A stretch of DNA of 48,711 nt from a virus (Duplodnaviria > Caudoviricetes): positions 1 through 48,711 of IMG/VR virus record IMGVR_UViG_3300047562_001063. One strand, 5' to 3'. The position numbers and the translations under genes are program-made. The notes beneath the pieces were generated by a model. That model did not search any database, was not told where the DNA came from, and was given only the letters and a program-made list of their open reading frames with translations. This document shows positions 1 to 6,700 of this stretch, in pieces; positions within the stretch are counted from its first letter, which is position 1, and each line of letters starts with the position of its first letter.

Positions 1-100
1 CTATTGCCCCTTCACAATTAATCAAGAGACACGCCAGCCATCATGGGCAGGTGTGATGAGGGGTTCTATGTATTAAGTCTTAGTACAGACTTAGTTTCTT

Positions 101-136
101 AGAACCCCGAGGCGAAAGTTTCGGGGTTTTTCTTTT
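101..136 (+). terminator. Rho-independent terminator
   Basis: AACCCCGA...TCGGGGTT hairpin followed by TTTTCTTTT. Confidence 0.75.
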
Positions 137-146
137 AAAAAAGTGC

Positions 147-175
147 TTGCAAAGACCGAATCAGTGTGTTATATT
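147..175 (+). promoter_or_regulatory. sigma70-type early promoter
   Basis: TTGCAA-17nt-TATATT upstream of GAGGAG RBS of ORF 204. Confidence 0.6.
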
Positions 176-203
176 CTTTTTGTAACTGATGAGGAGAAGC
201 TGA

Positions 204-422
204 ATGCTGAAGATCGAATTCGATACGACTGACTTCGAACTGGCTCACGGTCGCAAGCCCCGCGGTATGGGCGGTTGGGCTTTTAGCGAAAAGCGGAACC
301 CAAAGTCCATGGAAGATGTAATCTGGATCCGCGGCACGTATACCGAAGCGAAGAAGCGTCTTGTAGACAAGCTGAAGAGCGAAGGTGTAAAAGGTTTTTT
401 TGTTGTGCATGTTTGCACGTAA
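204..422 (+). CDS. hypothetical early protein
   Basis: 72-aa ORF with strong GAGGAG RBS and promoter. Confidence 0.75.
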   Translation: MLKIEFDTTDFELAHGRKPRGMGGWAFSEKRNPKSMEDVIWIRGTYTEAKKRLVDKLKSEGVKGFFVVHVCT

Positions 423-530
423 CTACTGCTGATTGACATTGTTAAGTTCCTATGAGTACCTTTGCTCTTCTCAAAGGCGCACTGAGTAGCGAGATATACA
501 GTGAGGGTCTGTGACTCAGCACAGCCTCGC

Positions 531-653
531 ATTGTCACTTCAGATATGCACCGGGCATTGTAGCTACTGCCTAGTGTGGTCACAGTCGCGCTGGTTTATC
601 TGGCGTTCAAGATGAACTGTTCGATTCAGTTGGTGCATATCTGAAGTGACAAT
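531..653 (+). ncRNA. tRNA-like structured RNA with 22-bp closing stem
   Basis: Perfect inverted repeat 531-552/632-653; T-arm AACTG-TTCGATT-CAGTT at 615-631; internal hairpins. Confidence 0.6.
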
Positions 654-657
654 ATAT

Positions 658-734
658 TGGATAGTAGCTCAGTCGGTAGTAGCGGATGACTGTTAATCAT
701 CAGGTCGTAGGTTCGATCCCTACCTGTCCAGCCA
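658..734 (+). tRNA. tRNA-Asn(GTT)
   Basis: Cloverleaf, GATGA-CTGTTAA-TCATC, CCA end. Confidence 0.95.
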
Positions 735-736
735 AT

Positions 737-811
737 GCGCCAGTAGCTCAGTGGTAGAGTAGCGGTCTCTTAAACCGAATGTCGTGAGTTCAATTCTCAC
801 CTGGCACACCA
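737..811 (+). tRNA. tRNA-Lys(CTT)
   Basis: Cloverleaf, CTCTTAA loop, CCA. Confidence 0.9.
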
Positions 812-814
812 ATT

Positions 815-888
815 GACCTATTGGTGAATGGATATCATTCCTCTCTGTCTAAGAGGTGTAGCGAGTTTGAGTCTCGCATAGGTCGCCA
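815..888 (+). tRNA. tRNA-Asp(GTC)
   Basis: CCTCT-CTGTCTA-AGAGG; G73; atypical T-loop TTTGAGT. Confidence 0.85.
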
Positions 889-894
889 GTATAA

Positions 895-971
895 CGGAGT
901 GTAGCGCAGTCTGGTAGCGCAATTGCTTTGGGAGCAATGGGTCGTGGGTTCGAATCCTACCACTCCGACCA
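895..971 (+). tRNA. tRNA-Pro(TGG)
   Basis: CGGAGTG acceptor, TTTGGGA loop, CCA. Confidence 0.95.
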
Positions 972-977
972 ATTCAA

Positions 978-1051
978 ATCAGTGTAGTGTAACGGTAGCA
1001 CAACGGTCTCCAAAACCGTTTGTCAGGGTTCAAATCCTTGCACTGGTGCCA
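978..1051 (+). tRNA. tRNA-Trp(CCA)
   Basis: ACGGT-CTCCAAA-ACCGT, CCA. Confidence 0.95.
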
Positions 1052-1054
1052 GTC

Positions 1055-1167
1055 AGAAAGAGCGGTAGGTAGGTTTGCGAAACTACCGAGAACATTCCTG
1101 TGGACGCACACAGGCATTAAGTATCCTCGCCATAGACTTCGGTCAACATAGAGGAACGCTTCTTTCT
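1055..1167 (+). ncRNA. candidate multi-stem structured RNA
   Basis: Closing stem AGAAAGAGCG/CGCTTCTTTCT enclosing hairpins CGGTAG/CTACCG, CCTGTG/CACAGG and CCTC..GAC-TTCG-GTC..GAGG. Confidence 0.45.
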
Positions 1168-1169
1168 AC

Positions 1170-1198
1170 TTGACTTTGATTGTTGCCTCGTCTATAAT
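1170..1198 (+). promoter_or_regulatory. sigma70-type early promoter
   Basis: TTGACT-17nt-TATAAT. Confidence 0.75.
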
Positions 1199-1222
1199 AT
1201 AACAACAATCAACGAGGTAACT

Positions 1223-1438
1223 ATGGCAAAGATGACGATTAAGAAAGTGATGGAATTACAAGATCATTTCATCAAAGCTGGTATTATGAAAGACCCTAAG
1301 TCTTATACCGCAGATGAATTGAAGTATCTTAATCCTGCTATTCCATCTGACTTCATTGATGATTATGTTGATGTTCGTGATGGTAAGAAGAAAGAAAGCG
1401 AATGGCAGCGTATTCCGCTGAAGATCGAAGATTTGTAA
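1223..1438 (+). CDS. hypothetical protein
   Basis: 71-aa ORF, GAGGT RBS, own promoter. Confidence 0.8.
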   Translation: MAKMTIKKVMELQDHFIKAGIMKDPKSYTADELKYLNPAIPSDFIDDYVDVRDGKKKESEWQRIPLKIEDL

Positions 1439-1444
1439 TACAAT

Positions 1445-1519
1445 GGGCTTGTAGTATAATGGGTATTATCTCCCGCTTGCACCGGGAGGAATAGGGTTCG
1501 ATTCCCTACAGGTCCACCA
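1445..1519 (+). tRNA. tRNA-Ala(TGC)
   Basis: G3:U70, TCCCG-CTTGCAC-CGGGA, CCA. Confidence 0.92.
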
Positions 1520-1524
1520 ATAAC

Positions 1525-1598
1525 GCCGCATTAGTACAATGGTAGTACAGGGGCTTTGTAATCCTCTGATGGGAGTTCGATTCTCTCATGCGGCACCA
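1525..1598 (+). tRNA. tRNA-Thr(TGT)
   Basis: GCCGCAT acceptor, TTTGTAA loop, CCA. Confidence 0.88.
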
Positions 1599-1604
1599 TA
1601 CAAC

Positions 1605-1687
1605 GGGTAGGTAAAGCTAGTGGTTCTAGCAGTGGGTCTGTAAAACCCATCCTTAAGGGAGTGGATCGTAACCGCACCTGCCCACCA
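1605..1687 (+). tRNA. tRNA with GTA (Tyr) anticodon, 8/4 allo-tRNA-like fold
   Basis: 8-bp acceptor GGGTAGGT/ACCTGCCC, 5-bp D-stem GCTAG/CTAGC, 6-bp anticodon stem, 4-bp T-stem, T-loop ATCGTAA, CCA. Confidence 0.75.
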
Positions 1688-1690
1688 AGT

Positions 1691-1782
1691 AACCGCCGTA
1701 GGCCGTGGCGGTATATAAGTCCGAGACTATATGTCTGTCGGGGTTGACCGTCCCTTCAGTGGGACCAGCGAAACGGTTCACA
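1691..1782 (+). ncRNA. structured ncRNA, homolog of 7320-7422 element
   Basis: AACCGC..GGCCGTGGCGGTATATAAGTC..CAGCGAAACGGTT motif shared with the 7320 element; internal hairpins. Confidence 0.55.
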
Positions 1783-1788
1783 ATTCAC

Positions 1789-1862
1789 TGGCTTGTAGCT
1801 CAATGGTAGAGTAGGCGCTTGATAGGCGTTTGACGAGGGTTCGATTCCCTACTGGCCAACCA
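1789..1862 (+). tRNA. tRNA-Ile(GAT)
   Basis: GGCGC-TTGATAG-GCGTT, CCA. Confidence 0.88.
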
Positions 1863-1865
1863 ATT

Positions 1866-1963
1866 GCGAGGATGGCGAAACTGGTAAAAGCATCCGGCAG
1901 GAGGGTAGCCGTAAAGCGTGAACTCACGCAGGCACCATGAAGGTTCGAATCCTTCTCCTCGCA
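1866..1963 (+). ncRNA. tRNA-Leu-like RNA lacking a normal anticodon arm
   Basis: Leu-type acceptor GCGAGGA/TCCTCGC-A73, Leu-type D-arm, perfect T-arm; anticodon arm reduced to TCC-GGCA-GGA; ~35-nt variable arm. Confidence 0.65.
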
Positions 1964-1972
1964 CCTGTTTAT

Positions 1973-2046
1973 TGGGAGATCATCTAAAGGTAGGATAGCG
2001 GTCTTTGAAACCGCCGATCTTGGTTCGATTCCAAGTCTCCCAGCCA
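1973..2046 (+). tRNA. tRNA-Gln(TTG)
   Basis: GCGGT-CTTTGAA-ACCGC, G73, CCA. Confidence 0.93.
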
Positions 2047-2098
2047 ATTCGTGCTTGCATAGCATATAGTCCATAGATGAAGCCGCACTACAATAGAC

Positions 2099-2182
2099 GG
2101 ACTGGTTACCGTAGTGGCGAACGGCGCGGACTTTTAATCCGCTATGCAAACACCGTGGGTTCGAGTCCCACCCAGTCCTCCA
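2099..2182 (+). tRNA. tRNA-Lys(TTT) with extended variable loop
   Basis: GCGGA-CTTTTAA-TCCGC; 12-nt variable region; U73. Confidence 0.85.
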
Positions 2183-2187
2183 ATTAT

Positions 2188-2262
2188 GGCGCATTAGTTT
2201 AGTGGTTAGAATGCTGGGCTTTCAATCCGGAGAGAAGGGTTCAATTCCCTTATGCGCTGCCA
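2188..2262 (+). tRNA. tRNA-Glu(TTC)
   Basis: CTGGG-CTTTCAA-TCCGG, CCA. Confidence 0.9.
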
Positions 2263-2267
2263 AATAT

Positions 2268-2345
2268 TGCGGGATAGAGCAGTCAGGTCAGCTTGCTAGG
2301 TTCATATCCTAGAGGTCGCAGGTTCGAATCCTGCTCCCGCTTCCA
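2268..2345 (+). tRNA. tRNA-fMet(CAT), initiator-like
   Basis: 1:72 mismatch (T/T), GAGCAG..GGTCAGCT D-arm, TTCATAT loop. Confidence 0.85.
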
Positions 2346-2346
2346 T

Positions 2347-2421
2347 GCTGCATTAGTCTAGTGGCTAAGACGCAGGTCTGTGAAACCTGTTACGGTGGTT
2401 CGATTCCTCCATGCAGTACCA
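2347..2421 (+). tRNA. tRNA-His(GTG), alphaproteobacterial type (no G-1, A73)
   Basis: CAGGT-CTGTGAA-ACCTG; preceded by T, discriminator A. Confidence 0.9.
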
Positions 2422-2427
2422 TTATGT

Positions 2428-2501
2428 TGCTCATTCGTCTAGCGGTAGGACAGCGGACTCTGACTCCGTTAACTGTGGTTCGAATCCATGATGAGCAGCC
2501 A
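2428..2501 (+). tRNA. tRNA-Gln(CTG)
   Basis: GCGGA-CTCTGAC-TCCGT, CCA. Confidence 0.92.
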
Positions 2502-2502
2502 A

Positions 2503-2766
2503 TCAAGCGGCGCGTCGAACACTTTCATCTTTTTCGTGTCTTACAGAATCCCTGAGAGTATTAGCTATTACTTTTGGTGATAGAGTTTTGCTTCTTGGTA
2601 TAGATAGTTGTATTCTGGATTCAGGATGTATAAATTTCTCATGATCGCCACGACCACTATTATCTGCTGGCGTCCAACCTATATTCATGACACGTTTTCT
2701 TAAATCTTTTCTGGTAAGATTTAAAGTGCCTTCTTGAAGCTGTACAAATTCCATGAATGTGAGCAT
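2503..2766 (-). CDS. HicA-like mRNA interferase with capsid-targeting-like leader
   Basis: GW....GRGDHEKFIHP...LSIP......LSPKVIANTL matches the HicA dsRBD pattern; N-terminus MLTFMEFVQLQE; late promoter upstream. Confidence 0.7.
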   Translation of the reverse strand: MLTFMEFVQLQEGTLNLTRKDLRKRVMNIGWTPADNSGRGDHEKFIHPESRIQLSIPRSKTLSPKVIANTLRDSVRHEKDESVRRAA

Positions 2767-2787
2767 CTTGATTTCCTTTCTGATAGA

Positions 2788-2795
2788 TATTTATA
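2788..2795 (-). promoter_or_regulatory. T4-type late promoter TATAAATA
   Basis: TATTTATA on + strand, ~22 nt upstream of ORF 2766(-). Confidence 0.7.
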
Positions 2796-2799
2796 AATT

Positions 2800-2874
2800 G
2801 GGGTAATGGCAGAATGGCTTATGCAGCGGACTGCAAATCCGCAAATACAGGTTCAATTCCTGTTTACCCCTCCA
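2800..2874 (+). tRNA. tRNA-Cys(GCA)
   Basis: GCGGA-CTGCAAA-TCCGC, U73, CCA. Confidence 0.95.
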
Positions 2875-2888
2875 AACATTTGAAAGCA

Positions 2889-2896
2889 TATAAATA
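2889..2896 (+). promoter_or_regulatory. T4-type late promoter TATAAATA
   Basis: Exact T4 late consensus upstream of AAAGGAG RBS of ORF 2916. Confidence 0.75.
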
Positions 2897-2915
2897 ATTC
2901 AAAGGAGTTTATCTT

Positions 2916-3461
2916 ATGCTTTCATTCTCGCAATTCATGACAGAACATGTACTTTCAATTGGACTTAATCCAGAACACGAGAAGTACAGAGAACAGTATC
3001 GAAACGACATTCATAATATTCTCAGAAACTCATATTCAGGCATCGGTGGATATTCTGGTATACCATCTGGTACTGAAGATGAATCCAAGTCGATACACAA
3101 TGATATCTCAAACTCTGCAATGAAAGTTGTCGTGAGAAAAGGCAAAGTTTCAGCGGTAACACTTTACAAGAAACAACTCGGTCGAAAGACAATTGCAGTT
3201 GGCACAGATGGCACCAAACGTGGCAAACTCGATTTCATGAAGACAGCGGCTGAAGATAACAAGATGAAAAGATCGTGGGCTGAAGTTTCTGGTGCACCTG
3301 AAGCAATCATGCGAAAGATTGGAACTCCTGTCGTTCCATCTAGCGAAGCAGAGAAGCTTCTTGGAAAGAAAGTTCGTATCGTAGACAAAGAGCGATACAG
3401 AAGAAAGATCGGCAAACAGTCCCACGAGAAAGTCATAATGGGTCATCCTCAGAAACCTTGA
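2916..3461 (+). CDS. hypothetical protein with MLSFSQFMTE leader (putative internal head protein)
   Basis: 181-aa ORF, RBS, late promoter, leader motif. Confidence 0.8.
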   Translation: MLSFSQFMTEHVLSIGLNPEHEKYREQYRNDIHNILRNSYSGIGGYSGIPSGTEDESKSIHNDISNSAMKVVVRKGKVSAVTLYKKQLGRKTIAVGTDGTKRGKLDFMKTAAEDNKMKRSWAEVSGAPEAIMRKIGTPVVPSSEAEKLLGKKVRIVDKERYRRKIGKQSHEKVIMGHPQKP

Positions 3462-3486
3462 CATTCTTTCGTTTTCATGTTATAAT
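3458..3486 (+). promoter_or_regulatory. sigma70-type promoter
   Basis: TTGACA-17nt-TATAAT. Confidence 0.8.
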
Positions 3487-3495
3487 TTTGTTATA

Positions 3496-3744
3496 ATGAG
3501 TAAGGAAATGATTATCAGTATCGTTGAGTGTTCTTCTGGTCTAGAGAATGAAATTCTAATCAAGTCAGATACTACTGTAGAAGAACTTGATGAAGCAATT
3601 CAGAATATTCTACTAGACAACATCACAGATCAATCAGAAATCAGAATTTTCTATCCTTCAAAATTTAGTGACATCGTTAATGATGTTGCAGTCAAATATG
3701 GTATCAATGCATCTGTAGCCCCCTCCGCTACGAACGGAGAGTAA
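3496..3744 (+). CDS. hypothetical acidic protein
   Basis: 82-aa ORF after promoter; 3' end overlaps tRNA-Arg-like element. Confidence 0.6.
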   Translation: MSKEMIISIVECSSGLENEILIKSDTTVEELDEAIQNILLDNITDQSEIRIFYPSKFSDIVNDVAVKYGINASVAPSATNGE

Positions 3745-3802
3745 GGTAACTGGACGTGGACAGAAATGTCTGATGCAGGTTCGAATCCTGTCAGATGCTC
3801 CA
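3709..3802 (+). tRNA. atypical tRNA-Arg(ACG) lacking D-arm
   Basis: GCATCTG/CAGATGC-T-CCA acceptor; CTCCG-CTACGAA-CGGAG; canonical T-arm; only 7 nt in place of D-arm; ~35-nt variable region. Confidence 0.7.
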
Positions 3803-3832
3803 TACTAAATACTACCAAAGGAGAAACTTCAT

Positions 3833-4555
3833 ATGAAAACATTCAAACAGTTTATGCTTGAAGCATACAATGTGGATTATGGTACTCAGGGTGGTTCTAA
3901 TAAGGGTGGTAAAGCCACCGATGAACAGGGTAATCAGTTCTATGTCAAGCATTACAAAGATGGTGAACATGCCAAAGTCGAAGCACTAACAAGTGCTATT
4001 TACAAGCACATGGGAATCAATACACTTGATCCTAAGCATGAAGTCATTGACGGCAAGCCATCTGTTGTTACAAAGTGGCAAGAAGGTCTGAAGCCAATGG
4101 GTCATAGAGACTTTGATAAGCTTTCGCCTGAACAGGCAGAGCATGTTGGTAAGATGTATCATGCTGCTGTGCTTACAAAGAACTGGGACATCACTGGTAC
4201 AGGTCTTGATTATGGTGAAGGTAATATGCAAATTCACCCAAAGACTGGCAAGATTTACAATGTTGATCCTGGTGGATCATTTCATTACAGAGCGCAAGGT
4301 GGTCCAAAAGACTACAGTCCAGACATCTCAGAAAAAGAAACATTCAGAGATGGTAACAAGGAATCAGGTAGAGTATTTAACAAAGTATTTGACGCCCATC
4401 CTGATGCAGAACAAAAGGGGCTTGATGCTGTACGTAACATGGACGATGAACATGTTCATGGCTTATTCAAGAACTCTGGCTTACAGAATTGGCAGAGCTT
4501 GCATAAGACGTTCATGCAGAGAAAGAACAATTTAATTAAATCTTATGGAGGTTGA
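3833..4555 (+). CDS. HipA/PI3-PI4-kinase-like protein with MKTFKQFMLE leader
   Basis: FYVKHY...EALTSAIY..MGI, NWD...GN...IYNVDPGGSF kinase-fold motifs; ACTAAATA late promoter at 3804-3811. Confidence 0.65.
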   Translation: MKTFKQFMLEAYNVDYGTQGGSNKGGKATDEQGNQFYVKHYKDGEHAKVEALTSAIYKHMGINTLDPKHEVIDGKPSVVTKWQEGLKPMGHRDFDKLSPEQAEHVGKMYHAAVLTKNWDITGTGLDYGEGNMQIHPKTGKIYNVDPGGSFHYRAQGGPKDYSPDISEKETFRDGNKESGRVFNKVFDAHPDAEQKGLDAVRNMDDEHVHGLFKNSGLQNWQSLHKTFMQRKNNLIKSYGG

Positions 4556-4564
4556 TCTTATATA

Positions 4565-4909
4565 ATGTGGATTTGTTTTAATGATGGTTTTGTGAGTGCA
4601 GTTGAAGACTGGAATGACAAGAGTATGCTTCGTGTTCGTGCTAGAAAGCGTGAGCATCTAGAATTTCTGAATGTACCGATTCAACAAGATCAGGGTACTG
4701 ATTATAAGTTTCGTTGTTTCATTAGCAAAGAATCCTTTGCCGATATTGTCAAGCAAAGGATTCTAAACATCAACTATGGTAACTTCAAGAGTAGTGTGAA
4801 GGATCGCAATCTACATGATCTATATGCTGACTTCTGGGAACTACACTATGATTACCAGATTGCTAATTATGGTTATCGACGCCTTGTTCCAAATGGCAAT
4901 TCTAATTGA
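4565..4909 (+). CDS. conserved phage hypothetical protein
   Basis: MW....GFVSAV...LRVRAR...DY.FR...INY.NFK pattern. Confidence 0.7.
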   Translation: MWICFNDGFVSAVEDWNDKSMLRVRARKREHLEFLNVPIQQDQGTDYKFRCFISKESFADIVKQRILNINYGNFKSSVKDRNLHDLYADFWELHYDYQIANYGYRRLVPNGNSN

Positions 4910-5928
4910 TTTGGATTGAGAACAGGATGAGCGTCCCATAAGTGAATATGATCTACGCCTAATCTTGGACCATATTTACCTCTGTTTGCTCTTACGATTG
5001 TTGGATGAGGCATGATTTGAAATGTAGTCTGTCTTGGTATGAGAAACTCTTTCTCATTATCAAAATTTGATCTTGTGCCGATAAACTCACCTGGATGACC
5101 TGCTGGTAGATGTATTTTCAAGATATGTCTATCACCAGGGTCATCATTAAAAAGATCCTCTTTCACTCTACCTCTTTTTATTTTAGAAGCAAATTCTAAT
5201 CCTGTACCAGGCTCAATAGATGATGAAGTGTAACCTGGATGATAAAGTCTATTATAAGAGTTCTTTGCTGCTTCCAAACCAGGATTGTATTTGACTCCTG
5301 CAAACACAGTAAGCTTTGTTGGCAACTGTCTAGATTGCAATGCTTTGTCTAGAATTTTTAGATTGTGACCACCAATTCTATCATCTTCATAATCACTTCC
5401 TGTGCCTAAAAAATGCTCCCAAAGAGTTCTGTTCAAATAGTTACTGTCTTCTGTATATCTAAATATTTCAGGATGAAGACTTTTTTTTGTTTGTCCATAT
5501 TCTTTCAGTAAGTTTTCTTCTTGATCATAGTAGTGATAACTGTGTGATCGTGAAGGATCTACGCTTGGTGAAATGTGCTGATTTTCAAGTTTGAATCGTT
5601 CGTTGATTTGATTTTTTGCGAGATATAGATCAGGCAATTCTGCAATTTCTCTTGCCATACCAAACTGATATGCATGACCCACACCTGGTTCTGCGTTATA
5701 CGCATCTTTGTTGAAATTATATGTCGGACTCCAGTCTTGAAGTCCATAATTTTCATTTACTTTTTTTTTCTGTGAAGAAGGTCTTGATTGCGACTTCTTT
5801 TTGATTTCGGCCATTTCTTCAGGAGTTGGCTTAACATCAAGAGAGTGCATACCATGTTGAATGAGAACTGGTGTACCGCGCGGGTCGGTGTTGATTGGCT
5901 TTCGTCTGAACTGCTTTAGTGTGATCAT
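4873..5928 (-). CDS. VIP2/Alt-like ADP-ribosyltransferase with leader
   Basis: YT....LN..L, TVFAGV, YTSSSI, ILKIHLP.G, NEKEFLIPR; N-terminus MITLKQF; AATAAATA late promoter at 5956-5963(-). Confidence 0.75.
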   Translation of the reverse strand: MITLKQFRRKPINTDPRGTPVLIQHGMHSLDVKPTPEEMAEIKKKSQSRPSSQKKKVNENYGLQDWSPTYNFNKDAYNAEPGVGHAYQFGMAREIAELPDLYLAKNQINERFKLENQHISPSVDPSRSHSYHYYDQEENLLKEYGQTKKSLHPEIFRYTEDSNYLNRTLWEHFLGTGSDYEDDRIGGHNLKILDKALQSRQLPTKLTVFAGVKYNPGLEAAKNSYNRLYHPGYTSSSIEPGTGLEFASKIKRGRVKEDLFNDDPGDRHILKIHLPAGHPGEFIGTRSNFDNEKEFLIPRQTTFQIMPHPTIVRANRGKYGPRLGVDHIHLWDAHPVLNPNQLELPFGTRRR

Positions 5929-6091
5929 GTTTCTATCCTGAAATGACTATAAAAGTATTTATTATCTCTCAAATCCTGATACGCTAAATAGAACTATTGT
6001 TAACATTGGAAAGAGAAAGGAGTATAGTACAGCTTAATGTCATTTCAACCAGAGCCAAGAAAGCAGGCTCTCCATTCATAAGGAAAATGTT

Positions 6092-6463
6092 ATGAAAAAA
6101 GTATTTACAGCTTTTATGCTGATTTTGTTTACTACCTTTGCACTGTCAATTACGGCAGAGGCAGCAAAGAAGACCACGATGAAAGCATCGTGGTATGACT
6201 GTGTAAAACCTGGCGAATGCAGCAAAAGCAAGATTACTGCTAATGGAGAAAAGTTTAATCCAAATGCATTGACAGCAGCACACAAGACACTACCATTTGG
6301 TACAAAACTGAGAGTAACGTACAAAGGAAGATCAGTCATTGTTAGGATTAATGACAGAGGTCCCTTTATAAAGGGCAGACATCTTGATCTATCAAGAGCC
6401 GCGGCAAGAAAGATTGGTTGTGGTGGTGTTTGTGTCGTTCAAGTTCAAATTCTAGGAAAGTAA
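6092..6463 (+). CDS. rlpA: RlpA-like lytic transglycosylase (DPBB) with signal peptide
   Basis: [40 protein letters not shown]. Confidence 0.92.
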   Translation: MKKVFTAFMLILFTTFALSITAEAAKKTTMKASWYDCVKPGECSKSKITANGEKFNPNALTAAHKTLPFGTKLRVTYKGRSVIVRINDRGPFIKGRHLDLSRAAARKIGCGGVCVVQVQILGK

Positions 6464-6597
6464 AATTGTCTTGACATCTCACGTATGAATACGTAATATG
6501 TGAGTTAGAGGTTTGTGAGTGGACTGTACTTGACTGGAAACTCTCGTATAACACAATAGTGGAGGCCGTAACCACTTTAAGAAATCGGAGCGAATTT

Positions 6598-6685
6598 GGA
6601 TAGGTGGCAGAGTGGTCTATCGCATCGGTCTTGAAAACCGAAGAACTTAACGGTTCCGTGGGTTCGAATCCTACCCTATCCGCCA
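6598..6685 (+). tRNA. tRNA-Ser(TGA)
   Basis: TCGGT-CTTGAAA-ACCGA, long variable arm, G73. Confidence 0.95.
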
Positions 6686-6700
6686 AACAAGAGGAAGCAA

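Noticed and set aside
531-653. YrlA/Y RNA or retron msr-msd
   Set aside because: The arm order is D-then-T with the long stem replacing the acceptor, unlike the permuted YrlA, and no Ro60 or reverse transcriptase is present in the window.
1691-1782. Possible HDV-like/theta ribozyme after tRNA (GCGAA followed by a P2-like strand)
   Set aside because: There is no room for a 7-bp P1 3' strand plus the P1.1 GG after the CCC/GGG stem, and no UCCUCGY L3 loop.
1778-2555. ORFs 1778-2194(-) and 2361-2555(+)
   Set aside because: They are shadow translations of tRNA genes.
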